Shown here in pieces: positions 37,494 to 46,604 of a DNA stretch of 64,000 nucleotides. The DNA comes from a virus: positions 1 to 64,000 of IMG/VR virus record IMGVR_UViG_3300027867_000003. The stretch is one strand, 5' to 3'. The notes below the pieces were generated by a model. That model worked only from the letters and a program-made list of their open reading frames with translations. It was not told where the DNA came from and ran no database searches. A program made the position numbers and the translations under genes. Numbering within the stretch: the first letter of the stretch is position 1; each line of letters opens with the position of its first letter.

Positions 37494-39168
37494 ACTATAC
37501 GCCGAGATCGAACGTCTGATCGGCCCCCCAAGGCCCTACGATCGAGAAAGTCAGAAGAATCCCCGATCCGACACCGAAGTCCGTCTCCTTCGTCAGTGGC
37601 TAATCGCCAAGGGCGTCCCTGAGGCCGCAGCCTATCGCGCCTCGACCTACGTCCTCAACGGTGCTTGGAACGGTCAGGATAGATACATCCGTCCAATGAT
37701 CGAAGAGGCGACTACGAAGACCGCATCTCGTCGTCGGACCTCAGCTGCTATTGACATCGGCGACGCCTTCGCGCCATCGGAGATCGACCAACATCTCGGT
37801 GTTCCAAAATCAAGGCCAGTCGCCCCAGACAGCCGCGAGACCAAGTCCTCCATCTTCGACGACTCCGCCGCCGACGACCTCGAACGTGAGATAACTCAGC
37901 GTCTGTCGGCCCGATTCGAAGCCCAGCGTCAGGACGACCTAAGGAGGATCAAAAGCCTCTCCGAGGCCCTGAGTTGCCGAGAGTCGGAAGTCGAACTGGC
38001 TGAAACCGAGGCTCGTCGTCAGGCTGAAGCCGCCATCGCCGACAATCAAAAGAAGATCGCCGCTGCAACCGAGGCACTCAGGGCAACAGCTCTATTGCTC
38101 GAAGCTGACGAAACAATCGCTCCCTCGACCCGAGAAGAGGCCGCTGGAGCACTGCGCCAGTCGGCCAATCTTCTCGAAGGCCGCGAAACGGCGATCGAAG
38201 GTCCGAAGTCCGAGGCTCCTGCAATCAGCACCGAGCCCCAGATCCCAGATACCCGGACAATCGCAGCCCGCGACCTATTTGGCAATGCTATCGGCGACGG
38301 CCTCCTAGTTCCCCGCTTCGCCGAAAGGACGGAATTCGTCCCCGCGATCGACCCCGATTACGTCTTCGACCCCGAGACGACCTTTTCCATCCTTCTCGGT
38401 TTCACCGCGAATCGACGGGTCTTAATCAGCGGCAAACACGGCACCGGCAAGACCAGTCACGTCGAACAGGTTGCCGCGAGACTGAATTGGCCCTTTGTGA
38501 GACTGAACCTAGATGGTCATATCAGCCGAACCGACCTAATTGGCCGCGACGCAATCGTCATCGAATCAGGATTGCAGAAAACCGCCTTCAAAGAGGGCAT
38601 TCTCCCTTGGTCGATGCAACAGCCAATGGCCCTCTGCCTCGACGAATACGACGCCGGACGACCCGATGTCCTATTCGTCGTCCAACGGCTTTTGGAAGCT
38701 GATGGTCGATTGACCATTGCCGAGCAAAATCGCGTCATCGAGCCGCATGAGGCATTCAGACTATTTGCAACCGCGAACACCGTCGGCTTGGGAGATTCCT
38801 CCGGTCTTTATCACGGAACCAATCCCCTCAATGCTGCCCAGATGGACCGTTGGTCAATCGTCGTCAAGCTCGACTATCTGCCCGCCGAGCACGAATGCCG
38901 GATAATCAAATCCAAATGCCCCACGCTTCGCGACGACACGATCGCCTCAATGGTAAATGTTGCCTCAGCAGTCCGAAAGCTCTTCGCCGCCGGAAAGATC
39001 TCGACCGTCATGAGCCCCCGCACCGTCATTATCTGGGCCGAAAACGCCGGTCTGATGCACAACGATCTTCGGCGGGCTTTCACCATGACCTTTCTGAACA
39101 AATGTGACGAAACCGAACAGCCCGACATCCTGAGCTGTTTCGACACCGCCTTCGGCCGGAGGCCGTGA
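37468..39168 (+). CDS. cobS: CobS-like AAA+ ATPase with phage-specific N-terminal extension
   Basis: YVFDPETT, GKHGTGKT, QVAARLNWP, LDEYDAGRPDV, FRLFATANTVG, QMDRW, MSPRT. Confidence 0.88.
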   Translation: MSVPQRAAELYAEIERLIGPPRPYDRESQKNPRSDTEVRLLRQWLIAKGVPEAAAYRASTYVLNGAWNGQDRYIRPMIEEATTKTASRRRTSAAIDIGDAFAPSEIDQHLGVPKSRPVAPDSRETKSSIFDDSAADDLEREITQRLSARFEAQRQDDLRRIKSLSEALSCRESEVELAETEARRQAEAAIADNQKKIAAATEALRATALLLEADETIAPSTREEAAGALRQSANLLEGRETAIEGPKSEAPAISTEPQIPDTRTIAARDLFGNAIGDGLLVPRFAERTEFVPAIDPDYVFDPETTFSILLGFTANRRVLISGKHGTGKTSHVEQVAARLNWPFVRLNLDGHISRTDLIGRDAIVIESGLQKTAFKEGILPWSMQQPMALCLDEYDAGRPDVLFVVQRLLEADGRLTIAEQNRVIEPHEAFRLFATANTVGLGDSSGLYHGTNPLNAAQMDRWSIVVKLDYLPAEHECRIIKSKCPTLRDDTIASMVNVASAVRKLFAAGKISTVMSPRTVIIWAENAGLMHNDLRRAFTMTFLNKCDETEQPDILSCFDTAFGRRP

Positions 39169-40505
39169 TGTCCAATCCTGCATCGCTCGCCCTCCGAAAA
39201 CTAGCCGCGGTCCTCGACGACCTAAGCCCAGAGAACCAAGAGCCCGAGAACCAAGACCCCTGTGGGGATGAGAATAACGAAGATCAAAAAAAGGACTCCG
39301 AGGACGAAGGTGGCGCGAGTGATTCATCTGACTCGGATGGCGAAGACAGTGACGATGAAGATGACGGGGAGGATGATCCTGAGACTGATCCTGAGGCTTC
39401 AGACAACCCAACTGAAAGTTCGGCTAAAAGCCCCCCAACGGAAAAAAGCCCCCAACCATCAGCACCGACATCGAAACCTCTACCTCCTGCGCTCGACCAA
39501 CTCGTCGCCGCCATCATTCAGCGACCCGATGACCCCTCAGATTGTCCTCCTGATGGCCCGCTTCTCCTGATCGAACCCGAGAACGAGGAATATAAGATCC
39601 GTGACAAATCAAAGGACCGCACCATCCGGGCCGAAGATGGCTTCAGAGAATTCCACATCGACAAACAGAAGCATCGTCAAATGCTCGACGACCTCCTGCC
39701 CGATTCTCATAGCCTCGTCTCTCGTCTCTCGGCTCGCCTCCAACGGTCGATCCAGGCCCTCCAGACCCGGAGTTGGCAGTTCGACCTCGATGACGGCCAT
39801 CTCGACCCAAGTAGATTGGCTCGCATAGTCGCCAGTCCCCTAAGTCCTGTAGCCTATAAACAGGAAAAAGAGGCTCTGTTCAAAGAAACCACCGTCACTC
39901 TGTTAATCGACAACTCGGGCTCGATGGACCATGGTGGCAAAATCAATCTGGCCGCTACGACGGCCGACATCCTAACTCGCTGTCTCGAACGCTGCGGCGT
40001 CTCTGTCGAAGTCCTCGGCTTCACCGCCTCCGACAGCGGCAGACGACGCCATGTCCGTGGTCATCGTTGCAGCAGCCTCTTTCACATCATCTATAAATCC
40101 GCCACCATTCCATATCGTCGAACCAAAGACAACTTCGGCTTCATCATTGCCTCAAAGCCTGTCGTTCAAAATGTCGACGGGGAGGCCCTCGTCTGGGCCT
40201 ACAACCGCCTTATTCTCCGACCTCAGGAACGCAAAATCCTCATCGTTTTGTCGGACGGCGAGCCAGCCGACGGCTGCTCAGATTCCCGGCTTCTCGACTC
40301 CCATCTCCGTCAGATGATCCGCGAGATCGAAAGTCGAAATCTCGTCGAACTCCTCGCCATCGGCCTCGGCCATAATGTGACCCAATACTATCGCCACGCC
40401 ATTATGATCCACGATTTCGCAACCCTTCCTACGGTCCTTCTTAACGAACTCCATCCCATGTTAACGAAGGTCCGAGACAAAAACCCGAAACGCCGTGCGG
40501 CCTAA
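39168..40505 (+). CDS. cobT: CobT-like vWA protein
   Basis: Acidic linker, SWQFDLDDG.LD, VTLLIDNSGSM (MIDAS), EVLGFT, NVDGEAL, LSDGEP. Confidence 0.85.
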   Translation: MSNPASLALRKLAAVLDDLSPENQEPENQDPCGDENNEDQKKDSEDEGGASDSSDSDGEDSDDEDDGEDDPETDPEASDNPTESSAKSPPTEKSPQPSAPTSKPLPPALDQLVAAIIQRPDDPSDCPPDGPLLLIEPENEEYKIRDKSKDRTIRAEDGFREFHIDKQKHRQMLDDLLPDSHSLVSRLSARLQRSIQALQTRSWQFDLDDGHLDPSRLARIVASPLSPVAYKQEKEALFKETTVTLLIDNSGSMDHGGKINLAATTADILTRCLERCGVSVEVLGFTASDSGRRRHVRGHRCSSLFHIIYKSATIPYRRTKDNFGFIIASKPVVQNVDGEALVWAYNRLILRPQERKILIVLSDGEPADGCSDSRLLDSHLRQMIREIESRNLVELLAIGLGHNVTQYYRHAIMIHDFATLPTVLLNELHPMLTKVRDKNPKRRAA

Positions 40506-40535
40506 GAAACCTGTCTCAAGAAAGGAACTCACCAA

Positions 40536-40838
40536 ATGACCAATCCTACCGACGCCGTTCTCTCCCTCGTCGACGCAATGGAACGGGCGAAACAGAACAA
40601 GGCTACCGATGACGAAAAGCAATCTATCGACCATCAGGTAACCCTCTGTCAAAAGATCGACGAACTCTGCTACGAAATGGCCCAGAGGAAGATTCTCAGT
40701 GGTGAGGAAATCCTAAACTGTTTGGCCATCACTTTGGGAATGTGTATCAAGACCAACCGAAACGGTGGCCCCACAACCGGCCTCCTGATCGCGGTTCCCC
40801 TCTGCCAAAAGATCCTCAACATCTCGACGGAGGACTAA
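40536..40838 (+). CDS. hypothetical protein
   Basis: AAAGGA RBS. Confidence 0.65.
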   Translation: MTNPTDAVLSLVDAMERAKQNKATDDEKQSIDHQVTLCQKIDELCYEMAQRKILSGEEILNCLAITLGMCIKTNRNGGPTTGLLIAVPLCQKILNISTED

Positions 40839-40843
40839 AACCC

Positions 40844-41104
40844 GTGGCCATCTTTTCCAAACGTCACTATGAAGCAATCGCCCAAGCAATTCGAAAGGAG
40901 ATCGAACTGCAACAACAGGAATGCGACAAACTCAGGATCAACGATCCCGATGTCGAAGACAAAGCCTCTCAGGACCGCGACGCCTGTTATTGCGCTGGGG
41001 CCTTGGACATGAGCGCCAATATCCGTCAGGCCCTGGCGGAACTCTTCAAATCCGACAACCCTGCCTTCAATGCTGACCGTTTCCTAAAAGCGAGCAGCAA
41101 CTAA
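40844..41104 (+). CDS. small early protein (paralog of 37248-37493)
   Basis: FSKRHYEAIA...DNPAFNADRFLKA; GGAGG RBS. Confidence 0.7.
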   Translation: MAIFSKRHYEAIAQAIRKEIELQQQECDKLRINDPDVEDKASQDRDACYCAGALDMSANIRQALAELFKSDNPAFNADRFLKASSN

Positions 41105-41134
41105 TCCCCGTTTCTCATCTTGGGAGTCAGAGCA

Positions 41135-42013
41135 ATGGTCTCAAAGAACGCAAAAGCCCCCGAGGCAACTGGAATTTCCCTCACCAAAGGCGATCTTCTG
41201 AATCGCCCCGGAACATTTCTAATGATCCCCACAGGAGAACTTAAAGTCGATTCCGAATACCAACGCCCCTTAACAGGCAGTCGAGTCGATCGACTTGCCA
41301 ACGACTGGAATTGGATCGCGTGTGGCGTCTTAACTGTCGCTCTTCGCGGTCCCGGGAGTGGCGATTACTATCTAATCGACGGTCAACACCGTTGGGCCGC
41401 CGCTCGGAGAGCCGAAATTTCCGAACTCCCTTGCATGGTCTTTGAAACATCCGAACATACCGACGAAGCCCGAGGCTTTCTTGACGCGAACACGAATCGA
41501 AAATCGATGGCCGTTTTAGACAAATACCGCGCCATGCTAGTCATCGAAGACCCAGTTGCCTTGAAAGTTAAGGACCTACTAACTCAAGCCAACCGCGATC
41601 CGGTTCTCAGCTATAGCGGTCGAAGCAACCAACCCTCAACTATGGGTCGCGCTTTCAACGCCCTTGATTATCTAATGTCAGCAGTTAGAACCGACAGCGA
41701 GGCCATAGAACGCATTTGGCCCCTAATGATCGAAGTCTCCGACGGCCGACTCCTCACCAAACGCCTCATTCAAGGCTTCTTCTATATTGAACGCTATTTA
41801 TCAAACGCCTCAATTACCGAACGTCTCTGGCGTCGACGAATCCTTCAAATCGGATATGATTTGCTTCACAAATCCATCGACGAAACCTGTTCTTTCGAGG
41901 GCCGCTCGGGATCTGCAATTTGTGCCCAAGGAATTCTTAGAGCACTCAATAAAGGTCTCAGGAACAAACTCAGAATCAATGTCACGCAAGAGCCCGAGAA
42001 CCAAGATGAGTGA
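41135..42013 (+). CDS. ParB/Srx-like (DUF6551-type) protein
   Basis: LKVDSEYQR, LIDGQHR, EARGF..N motifs. Confidence 0.75.
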   Translation: MVSKNAKAPEATGISLTKGDLLNRPGTFLMIPTGELKVDSEYQRPLTGSRVDRLANDWNWIACGVLTVALRGPGSGDYYLIDGQHRWAAARRAEISELPCMVFETSEHTDEARGFLDANTNRKSMAVLDKYRAMLVIEDPVALKVKDLLTQANRDPVLSYSGRSNQPSTMGRAFNALDYLMSAVRTDSEAIERIWPLMIEVSDGRLLTKRLIQGFFYIERYLSNASITERLWRRRILQIGYDLLHKSIDETCSFEGRSGSAICAQGILRALNKGLRNKLRINVTQEPENQDE

Positions 42014-42038
42014 GAAAAATCCAAGCGGAGGACCTCAA

Positions 42039-42461
42039 ATGACGATCAATGAGACAAAATCTCTCCTTCAATCCCATCATATCGTCGGAAGCCGCTATCG
42101 ACCTCCCGCGAGAGCCCTTCTTGACGCCATTGCTGTCGGAACCCCCCTGACGCTTCGCGCAGAACCAACCAATGCTGTCGACCCAAACGCCATCGCGGTT
42201 TATCTCAAGACCGCAGATATTGGCGACCGAGCCTGGGTGAAGCTCGACGGAACCCTCAGATGGTATGACACAGACATCATGACTGTGATGTCTGAATCTG
42301 AGTATCACGTCGGCTATATCGCCGCTGCCATTGCCGCGGTTCTCAGGTCTCAGGGCTTTCCTGACACGGATGTCCCCGGGAAATTCGCGATCTCTCCTCG
42401 TGGCACACCGAAGGTCGAATTCACCTTCATCTCTCAGAAACAGGAGCCTCAAGATGCCTAA
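42039..42461 (+). CDS. HIRAN-domain protein
   Basis: IVGSRYR, LRAEPTNAVDPNAIAV, VGYI. Confidence 0.75.
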   Translation: MTINETKSLLQSHHIVGSRYRPPARALLDAIAVGTPLTLRAEPTNAVDPNAIAVYLKTADIGDRAWVKLDGTLRWYDTDIMTVMSESEYHVGYIAAAIAAVLRSQGFPDTDVPGKFAISPRGTPKVEFTFISQKQEPQDA

Positions 42462-42978
42462 CTGGACCGCGAACCAACTCACAGTCGAAGGCGACAAAGA
42501 CGAAATCACGAGGTTCCTCGACAGCGTCAAGAGCCCTGTGCAGGACTTCGACTTCAACCAAATCATTCCAATGCCCAAGATACTACTAAACACAGGCTCA
42601 GGAGCCTGGGAGATCGACGGCCAGAGAGTCTCATCTTGGTACGCGGAAGAAGGAGGAAAGCGTCGACTCTTTACTCCTGAGGAACAACAAGAACTCGAGT
42701 CCATCGGCCACAACAATTGGTATAGTTGGTCCGTAGCTAATTGGGGCTGTAAATGGAACGCCACCAACCTAGAAGTGGACAGCGACAGCTATGAAGACGA
42801 AGCCGTCATAGAATTTAACACCCCTTGGTCACCTCCGACACCAATTCTATTAGCCCTTCGGGAGCAGTATCCGACTCTGGAATTCAAGCTCCGCTATCGT
42901 CTCGAAGACGACAATCCATTTCCCCACGATGCCGATGAAGACAAAGGCACCCAAGAAACAACCCGACTCGCGGCTTGA
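42454..42978 (+). CDS. YubB/DUF1281 ferredoxin-like domain protein
   Basis: MPNW..N.L, FDFNQIIPMP, WYSW...NWGCKWNA, FNTPWSPP. Confidence 0.8.
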   Translation: MPNWTANQLTVEGDKDEITRFLDSVKSPVQDFDFNQIIPMPKILLNTGSGAWEIDGQRVSSWYAEEGGKRRLFTPEEQQELESIGHNNWYSWSVANWGCKWNATNLEVDSDSYEDEAVIEFNTPWSPPTPILLALREQYPTLEFKLRYRLEDDNPFPHDADEDKGTQETTRLAA

Positions 42979-43389
42979 CCGCGCAGCGGGAAGTGAGAAC
43001 CCATGAAAGGAAACCCCTCAATGAATCCCGAACTCAAGTCCCTCTGGATCGCAGCCCTCAGAAGACAGTCGTACATTTGGCCCAGAAACCAAAAGCCCCC
43101 AGATCAGGAGCCCCATCAAATGTCCGAAATCCGAGCCCGTGATGTCGTTGCCGACGCCCTCAGCCTCGGCCTCGCTTTCATAACTGCGATCCTCGTTGTC
43201 GCAGTCATCTGGCTCTCCCTCATCCTCATCGGAGTCGACTAATATGAAGGCCAATTCTCTGAAATATGTCCTCCATCCGTGGAAATCCTGGGAAGAGGCC
43301 CAAAAGAAGCGACAAAAAAGAGCCCAAGAAACCTTCAACATCCTTCATAAATGGCTGACCGAAGCGCTCGCTGGCATCGGGGAGGCTCA

Positions 43390-43773
43390 GTGAGAGACCC
43401 GGGTCGAACACGTCCGAGCGATGTCGCAGCGTATCGGAGTCAGAAGACCATGACCGACGAACCCCCATTCGAGCCCCTCGTGCTCAATGAGTCGATTATC
43501 CGAGACTCAGTGGCCTCTGGCAATGTCGATCGACTGATCTCGCTCTTTCAATTCCTAAAAGACGGCCGCGACCGCGCCGAATTTCAGGTCAAATGTCTCG
43601 AACACCAGATCGCGTTGCTCGAAAAAGCCACCAAAGCGATCACGGAACCCTTGAGACCTGCAACTCGGTCAAACGAAAAAGATGTTTTCATCACCCCTAA
43701 TCGTCCCACAGGTCCAAAGACCAAACCAGTAACCGAGGATCCTCTGTCGGCCGCGATCGACATAGACCTCTAA
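43390..43773 (+). CDS. hypothetical protein with AAIDIDL tail
   Basis: Coiled coil followed by the C-terminal motif; start could be 43390 or 43450. Confidence 0.65.
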   Translation: MRDPGRTRPSDVAAYRSQKTMTDEPPFEPLVLNESIIRDSVASGNVDRLISLFQFLKDGRDRAEFQVKCLEHQIALLEKATKAITEPLRPATRSNEKDVFITPNRPTGPKTKPVTEDPLSAAIDIDL

Positions 43774-43790
43774 AAACAGGAGAATCCCCA

Positions 43791-43976
43791 ATGCAGATAG
43801 ACATAGAGATAAAAGAAGACGAAATCAGGCAAATTCTATCCGACTATATTGCCACCAGATTCGGCGTATCATTAGACCCAAAGAAGCTTCATATTGAAGT
43901 AAGATCAAAGAAAAATTATAAATCCGAATGGGAAGTCGCAGACTTTCGAATGAAGGCAAATATAACAGGACAATAA
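43791..43976 (+). CDS. hypothetical protein
   Basis: AGGAG RBS; AT-rich. Confidence 0.65.
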   Translation: MQIDIEIKEDEIRQILSDYIATRFGVSLDPKKLHIEVRSKKNYKSEWEVADFRMKANITGQ

Positions 43977-44012
43977 ATCACAATAAATCACACACTTATC
44001 GGAGCCGCTACA

Positions 44013-44285
44013 ATGTCCCGTCGAAACAAATACGAACTCACTGATCTGAGGATCGAATTCGACGACCTCAGGACCCAGAAGCGAGAAGCCGAGTTTCTGT
44101 GGAAAATCGCCTCAGAGTTCCGGTGGCCCACCCCAGTCCTCGATCATCTAGGCGATCGGTGCAACAACCTGTCCAATGCTCTCGCTGTCATCGAACATGA
44201 AATGGACTACGAAGGCATCCACGAACCGGCGGAACCTGCGACCCATCGGCTCTATTTCTCCAGAAAGAAGGAGTTCTTCCTATGA
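44013..44285 (+). CDS. hypothetical protein
   Basis: GGAG RBS. Confidence 0.6.
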   Translation: MSRRNKYELTDLRIEFDDLRTQKREAEFLWKIASEFRWPTPVLDHLGDRCNNLSNALAVIEHEMDYEGIHEPAEPATHRLYFSRKKEFFL

Positions 44286-44497
44286 GAGGAACCAAACGAT
44301 CGACCTCAGTTCGCCGGAAACATCGCCTATACGTCGACGTTACATTCAGTTCCCCCGTCTCCCGCCGAAAAGCTGCTTATGGGCTTCGATTAGTCCTCGA
44401 TGATCGTCTTGACCTCCAAGCCAAGCCCGTTTGGGCCTATGACGGAAGTCCCTATATCGATAAACTTTCAATCAAGGAAAAGGACAAAAGAGGCTGA
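44282..44497 (+). CDS. hypothetical protein
   Basis: AAGGAG RBS; ATGA overlap. Confidence 0.6.
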   Translation: MRGTKRSTSVRRKHRLYVDVTFSSPVSRRKAAYGLRLVLDDRLDLQAKPVWAYDGSPYIDKLSIKEKDKRG

Positions 44498-44611
44498 GGC
44501 GATCGGTTGTATGCACTCTCCGCTCGCCGGATCGTATGCCCCCTCCGCCGCCCTTGCCATCGCCCCTCCCCTCCATTATCATCCCAACCAACCACCAAAG
44601 GCCACACCCCA

Positions 44612-45043
44612 ATGCCCGACCAACCAACCACCCCAACGAAAGAACAAGAACTCCCCAACGAGAAATCCGAAATCGAGACTGAGATCCTTCTCTCCGACAA
44701 AAAGACCTTCTCTGCCGACGAACTAGAAGCCGGCTCCATCCGCTATGGCAATCGCGGCATATGGCTACTTCCCCTTCGATCGGGCAATCTGGCCCTCTTC
44801 GACAGGGGATTTAATCTAATCTCGATAATTGACGATCTTCCCACAGCGGCCGAGATCAGTCTCCTGGCTCAAGAATCCGAGGCTCGTTGTCGAGCCGACA
44901 TGAGGGCCTACGAATTAAGTCATTTCTTGGGCGAGCCGTCGGACAGACAACTCGTTCGAGACATTCGCCGGGCCGAACGAACCCCAGTTCCCCGATCACC
45001 AAAACAGTCCCCGCTATCTCAGGCCATCGACATCGACCTCTAA
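44612..45043 (+). CDS. hypothetical protein with QAIDIDL tail
   Basis: Start MPDQPT inferred; C-terminal motif. Confidence 0.7.
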   Translation: MPDQPTTPTKEQELPNEKSEIETEILLSDKKTFSADELEAGSIRYGNRGIWLLPLRSGNLALFDRGFNLISIIDDLPTAAEISLLAQESEARCRADMRAYELSHFLGEPSDRQLVRDIRRAERTPVPRSPKQSPLSQAIDIDL

Positions 45044-45061
45044 GAAGAGGAATCCTTCCCT

Positions 45062-45340
45062 ATGCCCCAAATTCAATCAATCAGCCTCGCAGACCTCATC
45101 GACCACGAGTCCCGCCGAATCGCAATCGACCTAATTCAACAGAAACTCGAATCCGAGGGACTCCCTCTCCCAAAGGACAGCAGCCTCGCAGTCCACGTTG
45201 ACCAAATTCTCCTTCTCAGGCCCGAGATCAGAACTCAGGCCGAGAAAGTCGTTCTCGCCCGCCAAGACGCCTTTACAGAGAGCCTCCAAGCTATCGGAAT
45301 CGAAGTCCAGATCGTCGAACCCATCGACATCGACCTCTGA
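45062..45340 (+). CDS. hypothetical protein with PIDIDL tail
   Basis: GAGGA RBS; C-terminal motif. Confidence 0.7.
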   Translation: MPQIQSISLADLIDHESRRIAIDLIQQKLESEGLPLPKDSSLAVHVDQILLLRPEIRTQAEKVVLARQDAFTESLQAIGIEVQIVEPIDIDL

Positions 45341-45354
45341 GGAACAAACCAAAC

Positions 45355-45624
45355 ATGGTGAAACGAGCGCTACGTCGACACCAAGCACAGTCCCATATGC
45401 GGCGCCGATTAAAAGAAGACCGTAATCAACATTACGCCAATCTGACCTGCCTCTGTTGGACTGATCCCCGAACGATGGCGCGGTTCAAAGAACAGCCGTG
45501 CCGTTGCAGTTGTTACGGCTGCGGTAATCCACGGTATCAGGTAAAGGGGGAGGAACGCTTTACGATGCAAGAACGCCGACACCTATTGAGCGATGACAGA
45601 GCCTTAGAGGCCAATCTAAAATGA
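45355..45624 (+). CDS. small Cys-rich basic protein
   Basis: PCRCSCYGCGNPR...TMQERR. Confidence 0.65.
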   Translation: MVKRALRRHQAQSHMRRRLKEDRNQHYANLTCLCWTDPRTMARFKEQPCRCSCYGCGNPRYQVKGEERFTMQERRHLLSDDRALEANLK

Positions 45625-45887
45625 CCCAATTATCTAACATAGCCCGCTCAATTCTCCGACAAGCTGCTTTATCCGAATTCGGCCTAGAGATCGGGATTAC
45701 GGCAACGTCAGACAAGATCATCACACCGGCCCTACGGGCGAAGCAAATTCTATATCGCTTTAAGTCCGAAGATGCTGATTTCTCGAATCTCCGAATTGAT
45801 CTCAGTCCCACCGATCCCGACAAATATCTCTGGATCATCAACACAGGACCTCGAATTCCGACCACAGCTCTGGAGATCGACCTCTGA
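45621..45887 (+). CDS. hypothetical protein with ALEIDL tail
   Basis: Coupled ORF; C-terminal motif variant. Confidence 0.7.
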   Translation: MTQLSNIARSILRQAALSEFGLEIGITATSDKIITPALRAKQILYRFKSEDADFSNLRIDLSPTDPDKYLWIINTGPRIPTTALEIDL

Positions 45888-46105
45888 TGCCCTCTCCTAG
45901 CGAACAACCTCTAGAGCGTGTCTGCATCCGGCTCTATAAGGCCGACTACGAAGCCATCCGCCAAATGGCCGAGACAATCGGAACAACCGGCGGAATAAAT
46001 ACCATCATTCGTGAAATCGTCCATCGCTATATCAAGGGCGTCAGAGACCTAGAGAGGCGAAACATCGACGAATTGAACCGAAGAACCCCAGAACAGAATC
46101 CATAG
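45887..46105 (+). CDS. ribbon-helix-helix-like protein
   Basis: RVCIRLYKADYEAIR...INTIIREIV. Confidence 0.55.
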   Translation: MPSPSEQPLERVCIRLYKADYEAIRQMAETIGTTGGINTIIREIVHRYIKGVRDLERRNIDELNRRTPEQNP

Positions 46106-46122
46106 GAAAGGGACCACCTTCG

Positions 46123-46335
46123 ATGCCCCGCTACATCACCCACGCCCGAGATACCCGAGAACTTCTGGCCGAGTTCCAGAGCGACATAACCCGGCGACTC
46201 GATACCCTCGACGGAATCCTAAAAACCATGAAACCCAACGCGGCAGAATCGAGCCGAATAAGTCGCGCCCGGCGCGAATTGCTCGACCTACAAGACTACT
46301 GGCGGAACATCGAAATCGGGGGAGATCGCGAATGA
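46123..46335 (+). CDS. hypothetical protein
   Basis: Purine-rich RBS; coupled to the next gene. Confidence 0.6.
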   Translation: MPRYITHARDTRELLAEFQSDITRRLDTLDGILKTMKPNAAESSRISRARRELLDLQDYWRNIEIGGDRE

Positions 46336-46604
46336 CCGACAGCGAAGCCCCAACCTCTCCTCTCACAGAGGCGACCCCCGATTCCGTCGACGAACTCCTG
46401 GATCTGATGAATCGTTCGATGGTTGCCGGAATGCCCGAAGCCATTACGGACGACAAATTGGTCAAACTAATCGCAGCCTATCGGCGCCAAGCTGAGAATT
46501 GGCTCATTCAGGAAGCCGAAAAGCGTGCCGCCGGCCCCCGAAAGCGCCAACCAAAGACCTTCGACACCAGCCAAGCCATCGACATCGGCGACCTCTTCCA
46601 ATGA
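46332..46604 (+). CDS. hypothetical protein with QAIDIGDLFQ tail
   Basis: GGAG RBS; C-terminal motif. Confidence 0.7.
   Translation: MTDSEAPTSPLTEATPDSVDELLDLMNRSMVAGMPEAITDDKLVKLIAAYRRQAENWLIQEAEKRAAGPRKRQPKTFDTSQAIDIGDLFQ

Noticed and set aside
43791-43811. MQIDIEI, and IDL in 29441-30226, 57119-58327 and 60229-61047, as further tag copies
   Set aside because: Not terminal and lacking the full AIDI.DL pattern, so excluded from the count
43971-43990. CAATAAATCA tandem duplication, and similar short repeats near 49778 and 63613
   Set aside because: Isolated 9-10 bp slippage-type duplications with no further structure
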